37,394 nt of DNA, taken from Saprospiraceae bacterium (lineage in GTDB: Bacteria; Bacteroidota; Bacteroidia; Chitinophagales; Saprospiraceae). The DNA lies in contig JAHDCG010000054.1 in the NCBI GenBank assembly GCA_020629965.1, forward strand, positions 1 through 37,394. Direction: 5' to 3'. Below, in pieces: positions 26,401-33,182 of the stretch. Position 1 is the first letter of the stretch. Every line of letters begins with the position of its first letter. The translations under genes were made by a program, and so were the position numbers. Below the pieces are notes generated by a model that worked only from the letters and a program-made list of their open reading frames with translations, had not been told where the DNA came from and did not search any database.

Positions 26401-27891
26401 ATCTACACTGCTGTTATTGTTCCCGACTTGAAAGCCCAATCTGTCTCCGAAACCTAAAATAATCGAACCGTCGATGTCAAACTCTAAATCGGTTATAATC
26501 GGCTGCGGATAACCGGCTTCTCTGTCGTCGGGGTTAGTGCTCCAGACTATTTGGTCAAAATCGGTAACCCAGGCATTCCATTGCCGCCTAAACGGAACGT
26601 CACCGTTGCCCGGTGAGTCGCGTCTTTCCTGTATGTTTATCGGTCCGAACTCCGTGGTAAAAGAATTGCCATCCAGCTTCATTACATAAGCAAACAATTC
26701 GTCTCGGGCATCTGCGGGATCGGTCAAGGCGGTGGTTTGTCCGGTACAAACGACGCCCGCATAGAGAGAACCCCGATATAGTTTTAAGCCCCATACTCTG
26801 TAATCTCCGTTTGTACAACCCGGGTCTAAGCCGGTGTCATATTTGGTCACGGTTCCGACAGCAGCCGGAGCATCGGTCGAAACAACCGACGATACATCGA
26901 TACTGTACACGGAGTTGTCTGATAAATTTGACACCCAAAGGGTATTTCCGTCTTCGGAAACTTCAATATCTCCGAAAGACATTTTTCCGATTAAGTCGAA
27001 TATTTCGGGGTCGCGCGAAAGTTGCGGTCCCGGCTGCCATGAAGTATTTGTACGAGGGTCGGGAACGGCAGTGACCACATTAGATAAGTCGAGGTGTCCC
27101 TGTAAAACAGGCACAATCGGATCGGAATAATCAAACATATAGATTGCGTAGGCTCCCGCAGGTCCGAAAGCAGAGTGCCTCTTAGCGACCGATGCGGCAT
27201 ACACTCTGCTGTTTTTTCGGTCGTACGCGGTGCCGTAGGTAGTACCGATATCGTCATGGTCGGCGGAATAAATGTGGTCGTCCGAATTTTCACCCGTACT
27301 CGAAAATTTGAAGCCGACGAAGGCGGGTTCTTCTCCGTTCGGTCCGCCGTCGGCAGTTAATGCTTGATTAGCGAAACAAGGAATAACTAAAGGAGGATCA
27401 TTACTGTGACAGTAAAAGGCAGGATAATTAATCGCAAAATCAGCTTCGGTCGTTGCTGTCGTATAAAATTGAATGTCCGAAAAATTTTGTCCTCCCATTG
27501 CCGTCGGGAAATCAGTGCTTTGATAGCCCGTAAATTCAATTCTTACGGGAAAGCTGAGTCCGGAAAAATTGTAGTTGCCCGCTGCATCCGAAACTTGAGT
27601 TCCGCCGACTTGCACACCTGACGGATTGTATGCTCTTATTTCTATGTTCGGTACACCGATTTCGTTGTATTCGCTCTGCGTATCAAAACTGCCGTTGCCG
27701 TTAAAATCGTAATACACTTTTCCGGATACCTGAGCAAAAATGCCTTGACCGACCGGTAAAATAAAACAAACCAAAAAGGCGTATTTTCTCGCTGCAAAAT
27801 TTAGTCTGCGAGTTGATAAAGTCGAAAAAAACCGAACCAAAAACAAAAAGGTATCAGTATCTGTTTTTTTTGATTTGAATAAGTTATTCAT
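20410..27891 (-). CDS. Giant (2493-aa) secreted surface/adhesin-like protein: five SdrD-B/Cna-B-type Ca-binding repeats, two internally duplicated beta-propeller-like modules, and a C-terminal GEVED domain
   Basis: Signal-like hydrophobic segment AFLVCFILPVGQGIFAQ. Repeated D-x-N-x-N-G-x-x-D motifs (YYDFNGNGSFD, FEDFNCNGADD, VWSDDDGDGIQD, VWCDSLQNGIQD, VFNDSDRNGTQN). The two halves are clearly paralogous (…SFGDIEVSEDGNTLWVSNLSDNSVYSIDVS versus …GLADVEVSEDGQTLWAVNLFDRKLYEIDIAS). The C-terminus carries WIDWNGDGDFDD...DGETEEY (GEVED-like). The N-terminus is uncertain: 36 aa precede the signal peptide. Confidence 0.85.
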   Translation of the reverse strand: MNNLFKSKKTDTDTFLFLVRFFSTLSTRRLNFAARKYAFLVCFILPVGQGIFAQVSGKVYYDFNGNGSFDTQSEYNEIGVPNIEIRAYNPSGVQVGGTQVSDAAGNYNFSGLSFPVRIEFTGYQSTDFPTAMGGQNFSDIQFYTTATTEADFAINYPAFYCHSNDPPLVIPCFANQALTADGGPNGEEPAFVGFKFSSTGENSDDHIYSADHDDIGTTYGTAYDRKNSRVYAASVAKRHSAFGPAGAYAIYMFDYSDPIVPVLQGHLDLSNVVTAVPDPRTNTSWQPGPQLSRDPEIFDLIGKMSFGDIEVSEDGNTLWVSNLSDNSVYSIDVSSVVSTDAPAAVGTVTKYDTGLDPGCTNGDYRVWGLKLYRGSLYAGVVCTGQTTALTDPADARDELFAYVMKLDGNSFTTEFGPINIQERRDSPGNGDVPFRRQWNAWVTDFDQIVWSTNPDDREAGYPQPIITDLEFDIDGSIILGFGDRLGFQVGNNNSSVDPADNTLYSGEIGGDVIRVCKIDDTYFLEGTGGCVTPLHPDASNDGRGINGQEYYSGDELENSGSHKENTQGAIALLAGSNNVISSSMNPLSNTSGGIVWLNNTDGWKDDGYLIFDGSNGGATLNKALGLGDVELLCAPAPVEIGNRVWSDDDGDGIQDADESGIAGVNVELTDAADNVLATAVTDAEGNYIFSTAVGTSTAAFIYNLGLAAAENYKVRIPDAEGGSQQANLSGLFITSNDADSSTNGDLRDSDGMKTGDTAEAAFLLGDAGENNHSYDFGFRQTQNPPPPVSCNCIDYMYLNETTDGGKVHKYEINPADGSVSEILVNGNAWYPGSGTSQLPSPHGLGMDLNGNLYIGEGLQPNGRIRKLNCAGEIVPAAEFNIQRAPTNLESVGNILFANDWYNQQLEFYDLCTGNSEGSITFENSSGAAGQDWGFSFNKITETFYATEAFGSTTGSILYRWNLSEMTDGNTIDEFLTVCPTTDITIGMTCLPRFYIAGVQGDNDGNIYVVINAGVYASGNGKILKYDNTGALVAQTAWDMTGGDGGWHRAIGIEYSQMSGFLYVSTQSATDDCVSLFDTDLNYLGAAVPTTGTSSSAKGIAVSTECCPTDSPIVTDTLLCEAGVGQKLFLNEIFSCEGIVCAQMWEEDPANTGFTYDDCDQSITVTGPNACGTFTKSGSNTQCGSVDITFNVRVASLALEVAQTDCTDGGSNNFTADYDVTVSWEVALCGGAETIEVTHNGAVIGTIDTATDSSPALFTTSASADGTGRQNFTAAYTAEGGCSESRSLKTPTPCPDPVGDCTAQSGCIGGNVFEDFNCNGADDPNEPGVTGVQALIYDCENTLVGSTYSDGQGNWQVCGLNDTEAYRVEFVLPESVACWAQPTHLGTDNGSDVQFVTAPACTEFSVSSSADYCQENPMIVTTCFTSGTQSDGLSSVVSFPYESGVTDVSQDNSSGGNLNMPAYTSLALDTEVGPVKGLAYRRDNETIYAAAYFKSFVGYGNATDNAAPGRIFSIDVNSGAVNTFTELPAGNDVHQYADLNQEHDDVWDFVGKTGLADVEVSEDGQTLWAVNLFDRKLYEIDIASQNFQTHDFAVPADCPQHPDTPAGELDYNLRPGGLAIEKGVLYYTLTCTAENIGTAAGNPEDYLAAYVYKFENGIHTKVAEADLNYTRPSNSAGRSSPGTWNPWINTETFLCDNGDDLAFYPQPWAWDIEFDEEQFLILGIADRFGDQTGVQYSSANNSCISGNFDGVNAGDVVIFADNGNGTWTVENNGSVGNRSSAVGIGNNEGIGGGEFFGEDNYSPTHPFSLHSEITLGQVGLVKGKGEVFMSAFDPGLRVDNDNVNAGGVIWLSTQDGNRTRSYELYENGDTQTFAKAAGIGDTEVMCDAAPLEIGNYVWCDSLQNGIQDACERGIDGLTVQLYDAAGTLVGLTATTAGGQYAFNETNVDVNGVNPDGSATSGSYTGLTAETDYFIVFGDGQFSGGEFTFGGNDYGITADFDAGDNDKIDSDVDPSTLTSGSLGNRPDGLPFIAMTTAETGCGDHKYDLGVTCTDCISPTANLAAAEGSCTGDTPNDDATLSLIQVTDGDQANASPGSTYTGPAYGDASNTDVSGGSSTLTGLMHDTEYTVRIWNGEDGCFTDETITTPALDCAVTVYSLGNRVFNDSDRNGTQNGTETGIDGIELLLLNADGSAYDSDPDTPGIQPLTVITGNGGYYRFDDLPEGDYIVEITAANFAASGTLQHFSSTDGAAQESNPNANGDLNDNGLDTPFNGAVRSGVITLSGTEPTGETAPGSYAAGSTTGTAAADEFSNLTVDFGFYRQRDFPDCCDAACPSAPCHFIDSDIYFGNEVTADPGASDNVDSDADDGLLLGENVRIVAGGNLRLPVVIYNASGDDAYFRMWIDWNGDGDFDDADEQVADEVFSAADNNGTFTIYQAVTVPTTAQKNQGLALRMRVSTDDAGTTSPCGNGDCAADGETEEYLITVTCPTPLCSP

Positions 27892-28642
27892 GGGAAAATG
27901 AATTATGAATTGTGTTTATTTGAAAGGAAAATGACCCTTTTTTTGCAGAAGGAAATACAGTTTTGCGTACCTAAGTAAAATTGATATTCGGGCTGTCCTT
28001 CCTTTGACTCTTCAACAATTTTTGCATTCTTCTTCGACGCGGCTAAAATTCCTTATGCCGATGACTCGGCTTAACAAAAGACTTTAGACCACTAACGGTC
28101 AGGAAGAATCACAGACTCGACAAGTCCCGTAACGGAATATGCGAATTTAAAAAAATGCTGATATTTAGTTTTGAGTACAGAAAAAATGCACAGTCGAAGT
28201 GACGGAGAAAGCGAGATAAGTAAAATAATCGTACCGAATAAAAGTCTGTATTGATATTGCAAATGACTATCGGAATTCTTTACTTTTTGTCGGCAACAAC
28301 TCGATAAACGGAGTATTTATCGTTTGCTGCGGGTATCATTGTTAAACATCAAATTTATTGCCGTCAACCGATAAAATCAAATATTATGCCGATAGATAGG
28401 ATATATTATATTGAAACTGAAGAAAAAATATAGCTGAGGATAAACTAAACTGTAGCATTGAAACCGCTTTGAACAGTACGGAACGCTACGCGTTTTTGTC
28501 AAGAGAAAAGGTAATTTTTCAATTTGAGATACCTGACTCGTTGAACTTTTTGTGAATTGGTGCAGTGTCGGCTTTTCCAAAGGGTCGTAACCATCGGGAG
28601 TCAGTTCTAAATCACCTGAAAACCGATTAAAATCATTTATTT

Positions 28643-29527
28643 TTACAGAAACGCAAACACCAAATACTCACCGAAAAACAGTACCCAAATAAACCGGTAA
28701 TAATTGAAAACGGAGTCTTGATTTTGTAAATTCGTGCGCAACATACCGAGCAATAATAACAGCAGAAAAAAACCGTGTACACCCGAAAAAAGCAAACTGT
28801 CCACCTGTACTTTAAACAGAAACGGAGCCAAAATACACAACACAAACAGCGTCATCATAATTACATTGCCGAAGGCAAAAACACGCCGCCGACCTAAGCG
28901 CACGGATAAGGTACGCACCGCAAATTTCGCGTCGCCCTCAGTATCGGGCAGGTCTTTAAACAGGGCAATAATGAGACTGTAAACCACAATCACTACCGTC
29001 AACAACCACACCAAAGGCGTAATGCTGTGCGCCCCGTTGATGTGCGCGTGAAAGTGCAAAAACAGCAACAAATTGACAATAATGCCGCGCACGGCAATGA
29101 TGCAAAACGCCGCCCAAAACGGATATTTTTTCAAGCGCAGCGGCGGCAGCGAATAAGCAATGCCGAGTGCCAAACTCAACAACACCGTCCACAGCAAATA
29201 ACCTCCGATGAAGACCGCCAAAATCAATGACACCGCCAAACCGATACCGACAATCAGCTTTCCCGTTTGCAGAGAAAACGCGCCCGAAGCTAACGGCAGA
29301 TAGGGTTTGTTGATTTTATCGATTTCAATATCCGTGATTTGATTCAAACCGACGATGAAAATATTCGCGCCGAGGCAGGCGATAATCGTCAATCCCAACA
29401 GCGAACCGTACATCTCCGTGCCGTCGGCGTACGACAGCGCAATGAGCCACAAGGTGACAATGCTCAACGTCGTGCCGATGATGGTGTGCAGACGCGAAAA
29501 ACGGATGAAATTGAGGAGGAAATGCAA
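28643..29527 (-). CDS. UbiA-superfamily prenyltransferase of the homogentisate phytyl/geranylgeranyl-transferase (HPT/VTE2-like) type
   Basis: Nine predicted TM segments. First Asp-rich motif in the HPT-specific form NQITDIEIDKINKPYLPLASG (N-Q instead of N-D, and IDK-x-NKP-x-LPL). Second motif KDLPDTEGD. Confidence 0.8.
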   Translation of the reverse strand: MHFLLNFIRFSRLHTIIGTTLSIVTLWLIALSYADGTEMYGSLLGLTIIACLGANIFIVGLNQITDIEIDKINKPYLPLASGAFSLQTGKLIVGIGLAVSLILAVFIGGYLLWTVLLSLALGIAYSLPPLRLKKYPFWAAFCIIAVRGIIVNLLLFLHFHAHINGAHSITPLVWLLTVVIVVYSLIIALFKDLPDTEGDAKFAVRTLSVRLGRRRVFAFGNVIMMTLFVLCILAPFLFKVQVDSLLFSGVHGFFLLLLLLGMLRTNLQNQDSVFNYYRFIWVLFFGEYLVFAFL

Positions 29528-29583
29528 ATAAATGTTTATTTGTTGATTCGGTTATTTGTTTATTTGGCGGCAGACGCCGGCGG

Positions 29584-30426
29584 TTATTTTTCTCCTTGCA
29601 GCAAGGCAAATTTCAGCAGACCGCGCTTGTAGCCTTCCGTCATATACCGCATCGTCCACGCGCCTTTGAGAGCGGGGGCACCGGCTTTGAGCAAGCCCGT
29701 GACGCTTTTCCAGCTAAAGGCGGATTTAATCACGGCTTTCCAAAAAGGAGCGACTTCATCCGTCCAGTCTTCGGTTTTGATATTTTTAAAGCCCGTTTGT
29801 TGCGCAAATTCGGCGTATTCCGACATCGGTATCATTGGCGGCAGATGGTAATTTTTGTAGATTTTTTGCAGCAGTTTTTGCTCGTCGTCGGTCAGTTCAC
29901 TTTGCGGCGCGCGAACGCACCAAGTGACCATCAGCAGCTTTCCGCCGGGCTGTAAAAGGTCGTAAAACATTTGTACCAGACCGCTTTTATCCGCGATGTG
30001 TTCCGCACTTTCGAGCGACCAAATGAGGTCTTTGTTCGGCTGTTCCGTATCGCCCAAAGTCATCATGTCCTGCACGCGAATCTCGACTTTGTCCTGCAAA
30101 TTTGCCCGCCGATTGTAGTGCGCCGCCCGCTCCGCCTGCACCGAGCTGAGAGTGACGCCCGTTACGTTTGCGCCGTATTTATGCGCTAAATACCGCGCAC
30201 TGCCGCCGACTCCGCAGCCCGCGTCGATGATGCGCTGCGGTCGCTGCACCTCGCCCCATTCGAGCAACCTTTCCACCAATTCGACCTGCGCCTCGCGGTG
30301 ACTGACGGCGGGTTTACCCTCCGTACCGTACCAGCCGTGATGCATGTGCTCGCCCCACACATCGAGCCACAGCGGCGTACTGACGTCGTAGAAGTTTTTG
30401 ATGTCGGCGTTTAATGTGTTCGGCAT
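29584..30426 (-). CDS. SAM-dependent methyltransferase of the gamma-tocopherol methyltransferase (VTE4-like) family
   Basis: Start taken at the internal Met (MPNTLNADIKNFYD...). The track ORF extends to 30558 through a low-complexity leader. Family-specific motifs: FYDVSTPLWLDVWGEHMHHGWY, SAM motif IIDAGCGVGGSARYLA, WSLESAEH, GGKLLMVTWC, and C-terminal VAPFWKAVIKSA...KGAWTMRYMTEGYKRGLLKFA. Confidence 0.8.
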   Translation of the reverse strand: MPNTLNADIKNFYDVSTPLWLDVWGEHMHHGWYGTEGKPAVSHREAQVELVERLLEWGEVQRPQRIIDAGCGVGGSARYLAHKYGANVTGVTLSSVQAERAAHYNRRANLQDKVEIRVQDMMTLGDTEQPNKDLIWSLESAEHIADKSGLVQMFYDLLQPGGKLLMVTWCVRAPQSELTDDEQKLLQKIYKNYHLPPMIPMSEYAEFAQQTGFKNIKTEDWTDEVAPFWKAVIKSAFSWKSVTGLLKAGAPALKGAWTMRYMTEGYKRGLLKFALLQGEK

Positions 30427-30533
30427 AATTCCTTTTTTTTTTGAATTGTTGGAGTGGTTGGAGTCGTTGGAATGGTTTGAGTTGTCGCGCCCGGGCAACC
30501 GGCAACCGGCAACCGACAACCGACAACTAAAAA

Positions 30534-31478
30534 TTACCGTTTTTTCCCCAACCACCAAGCCAATGCCACCACCCCGACGGCGAGCGCACCGAGTACGGTT
30601 TTCTGCTCCGTGTTGAGGGTTTCGCGCATTTCGGGCGGCAGATGTTTTTGGCGGTCGCCGTGTACGAGATAGCCGACCAAAGCAATCGGAATGAAGATAA
30701 AACCGGCGAGCGAACCGAGCGCAACCCGACCAATCATCAGGGCGGTGCGGGCGACGGTCATTTCTTCGTCCTGCGGTTTTAAGGCGGACACGACGGCAAC
30801 CGAGTCACCGGGGGCGGGCTTGGGTTTGGGCTTAGCGTCCATTGGTTTGTCACCGGCGATGGCGATGCCGAAGTGCGTTTTGCCGGGCGTAAACCAGTGC
30901 GGGTCCACATAGACGTAGCGGATATTTTCAAAGCCTGCTTCTTCGTAAAATTTGAAATAATCTTTTTCGGGCGGAAAGAGCATCCAGGTCGTCGCGAAAA
31001 AGCGACCGACGGGATTTCCGGGTTCTATCGGACCGATGAGCAAAGCCGTGCCGCCGGGTTTGACGACGCGAAAAGCCTCATCGACGCCCCGCTGCGGGTC
31101 GGGCCAATACTCGATACTGCCGGCACTCACGTAGCGGTCGAAAGTATCGTCCGGGTAAGGAATATTTTCGGCGTCGCCGATGCGAAAAGTACAATCCTGC
31201 AGGTCGGGTTTCGCCTTTGCCTTCGCCATTTGTTGGTGGCTTTGATCCACGCAGAACACATTGTGCGCGGGCACGCGCTTGACAATGCCCTGCGTCGTAA
31301 AACCGGTGCCGGAGCCTACGTCGATAACTTTCAGATTCGGGTCGTCGAGTTTGCCGATGTCCAGTGATTCTTCGCGCATTCTGACCGTCCAAAAGAGGGG
31401 GTTGACGAGGTTGTCGTAGAAGTTGGAGAGGAAATAGTAGAACCAGTAGGCTTCTTTTTTATGTTGTACTAATTGCAT
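30534..31478 (-). CDS. SAM-dependent methyltransferase of the MPBQ/MSBQ methyltransferase (VTE3-like) family with C-terminal membrane anchor
   Basis: YYFLSNFYDNLVNPLFWT, VIDVGSGTGFTTQGIVK, DQSHQQMAKAKAK, GDAENIPYPDDTFDRYVSAGSIEYWPDPQRG, GGTALLIGP, and RFFATTWMLFP, collinear with plant VTE3/APG1. Two C-terminal TM helices. Confidence 0.8.
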   Translation of the reverse strand: MQLVQHKKEAYWFYYFLSNFYDNLVNPLFWTVRMREESLDIGKLDDPNLKVIDVGSGTGFTTQGIVKRVPAHNVFCVDQSHQQMAKAKAKPDLQDCTFRIGDAENIPYPDDTFDRYVSAGSIEYWPDPQRGVDEAFRVVKPGGTALLIGPIEPGNPVGRFFATTWMLFPPEKDYFKFYEEAGFENIRYVYVDPHWFTPGKTHFGIAIAGDKPMDAKPKPKPAPGDSVAVVSALKPQDEEMTVARTALMIGRVALGSLAGFIFIPIALVGYLVHGDRQKHLPPEMRETLNTEQKTVLGALAVGVVALAWWLGKKR

Positions 31479-31528
31479 TTTTTTTGAGACTTTAGACGTT
31501 AGATTTTAGATGTTAGAATTCCGAACGG

Positions 31529-31783
31529 TCAGATTTTAGACTTAGCATTGTTCTTCTGCATAAGCGGTGCAACTTCGATTTCGGCGGCGGTCGCGTCGCG
31601 GTGCGTGATGGTCGTAACGGGGCAAATCGCCTCGCAAACCATACAGGCAATATCGCAAACGGTATTGACGGCGATGGTATCGAAGTCACTGATGAACGGC
31701 TCGGGCTGCGGACAAACCGCCACGCAGGCTCCGCAGTTTATGCAGGCATTCCAGCCGATATCGAAAAGGACGGGTTTGTTCAT
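31529..31783 (-). CDS. Small 2x[Fe-S] ferredoxin
   Basis: Start taken at the internal Met (MNKPVLFDIG...). CINCGACVAVCP (CxxCxxCxxxCP) and CDIACMVCEAICP cluster motifs. The longer track ORF (to 31888) would read through the 61-bp palindromic repeat. Confidence 0.75.
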   Translation of the reverse strand: MNKPVLFDIGWNACINCGACVAVCPQPEPFISDFDTIAVNTVCDIACMVCEAICPVTTITHRDATAAEIEVAPLMQKNNAKSKI

Positions 31784-31820
31784 TTTTTTGTTTTGTTCTG
31801 TTTTTAATCGGGTGTGGGAA

Positions 31821-31881
31821 GGTTGCCGTTTTTTACTCACAGGGTGACTCAAAGTCACCTTTTGAGTAAAAAACGGCAACC
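31821..31881. repeat. Copy 3 of the nested-palindrome repeat, here a 61-bp near-perfect palindrome between the GGR stop and the ferredoxin start (inside the operon)
   Basis: ggttgccgttttttactca-c-agggtgact-caaa-gtcacc-ttt-tgagtaaaaaacggcaacc. Outer stem 19 bp, inner stem 7 bp. No flanking U-tract on either strand. Confidence 0.8.
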
Positions 31882-31891
31882 GATACACCCA

Positions 31892-33070
31892 TCAAATCTT
31901 CTTATACTCCGAATCCGGACTAAAATAATCCGACATAATCTTATACAACTTACGATTGCGCTCTTCCAAATCTTCGGTTTTAAAAATTTCGGTTTTCTCG
32001 TCGTAGAGCTTCCACATTTTATTGCCGAGCTTTTCGAGCCAATTATCTTGATAGCCTTTTAGGTCTGCTTTTTTAAATGCGCCGCCGCTGTTGATTTGTT
32101 CGACCAAAAAATCCGCCGCGATTTTGCCACCGCTGAGCGCCGTGTGGATGCCGCCGCCCGTTATCGGGTTGACGTGGCGCGCGGCGTCGCCGACGAGGAC
32201 TAAATTATCGGCGTACTGCGTTTTCAGCGGTGCCGCGAGGGGGACGCCGCCGCCCTGTATTTCTAAGATGCGGGCATTTTTAAAGCGGTCGCCGAAGAAA
32301 GATTGTTTGATAAATTTGTCGAGTTGCTCGCGGGCGTTGAGTTCCGTAACGGTCGGGATGACCCCGAGTCCGATTTCGGCGTAGCCGTGCCCTTTGGGGA
32401 AGACCCAAGCGTAGCCGCCGGGTGCCCATTCGTGACCGGTGATGATTTCCAGCAAGCCTTCCGTTTCGACTTTATCGACGATAAATTGCAGACAACTCGC
32501 CAGCTCCGTCAGTCTGATTTGAGTGCGCAGTCCCGCCCATTTTCCGACCACGGATTGCAGACCGTCCGCACCGACGAGGACTTTACAGCGCAGGGTCATT
32601 TTTTCGTTGAAGCGGCGCACATCGACCTCGCAGGTGCCGTCGGGCTGCGGGCGGTAGCCGAGTCCTTCCGTTTTGAGGTAGGTTTCCGCACCCGCTCTTT
32701 CGGCGAGGGTCATCAGATGCCGATCGAAGCGGCGGCGGTCCACAACGTAGCCGAGGGGTGATTTATCCGCGCTTCCGCCGTATTTTTCGGGGGCGAGTCG
32801 GCGGTAATCAATCGTTTTTTTATCGCCTTTTTCATTGTAAATACCGAAGCCGTAGATGGGTTCCAAAATAAATTCCGCGTCGGGTCTGATGCCGACTTCT
32901 TCCAGTCCGTGCCGGCTGACGGCGCCGCTGCACTGAATGGGTGCGCCGAGTTCCTGCTTTTTATCGAGCAGTAAGACTTGCAAGCCCCGATTTGCCGCGA
33001 GTCGTGCGACGGTAGCCCCGGCGGGTCCGCTGCCGATGATGATGAGGTCGTAAAGTGTATTTTCGGACAT
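31892..33070 (-). CDS. Geranylgeranyl reductase family flavoprotein (GGR/ChlP-like, FAD-dependent)
   Basis: N-terminal FAD fold DLIIIGSGPAGATVARLAANRGLQVLLLDKK. PIQCSGAVS (PxxCGxxxS). GADGLQSVV and GDAARHVNPITGGGI motifs typical of the TIGR02032-type GGR family. 392 aa. Confidence 0.85.
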   Translation of the reverse strand: MSENTLYDLIIIGSGPAGATVARLAANRGLQVLLLDKKQELGAPIQCSGAVSRHGLEEVGIRPDAEFILEPIYGFGIYNEKGDKKTIDYRRLAPEKYGGSADKSPLGYVVDRRRFDRHLMTLAERAGAETYLKTEGLGYRPQPDGTCEVDVRRFNEKMTLRCKVLVGADGLQSVVGKWAGLRTQIRLTELASCLQFIVDKVETEGLLEIITGHEWAPGGYAWVFPKGHGYAEIGLGVIPTVTELNAREQLDKFIKQSFFGDRFKNARILEIQGGGVPLAAPLKTQYADNLVLVGDAARHVNPITGGGIHTALSGGKIAADFLVEQINSGGAFKKADLKGYQDNWLEKLGNKMWKLYDEKTEIFKTEDLEERNRKLYKIMSDYFSPDSEYKKI

Positions 33071-33182
33071 AAGAAGATTGGAATGTGTGGTAGAAAGAGC
33101 ATTTTATTTTCGCCCTTTGCAGAGTAACGGGGGAGGTCGGGTTAAGTTTGCCGAGAAAAAATTTAAGCCGATATTTTCTCAC

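Noticed and set aside
28377-28580. 67-aa minus-strand ORF in the 750-bp leader of the giant surface-protein gene
   Set aside because: AT-rich, no motifs, odd composition (FFFSFNIIYPIY). Likely non-coding leader or promoter DNA.
30427-30558. N-terminal 44 codons of the VTE4-like ORF (MVVGEKTVIFSCRLSVAGCRLPGRDNSNHSNDSNHSNNSKKKGI)
   Set aside because: Encoded by the (gttgYcg)n / ccaac-repeat spacer, so low-complexity. The conserved family N-terminus begins at the internal Met (MPNTL...).
31784-31888. Longer ferredoxin ORF starting at 31888 (119 aa)
   Set aside because: The extra 35 codons read straight through the 61-bp palindromic repeat and have no ferredoxin-like features. The internal Met is followed immediately by the cluster-binding motifs.
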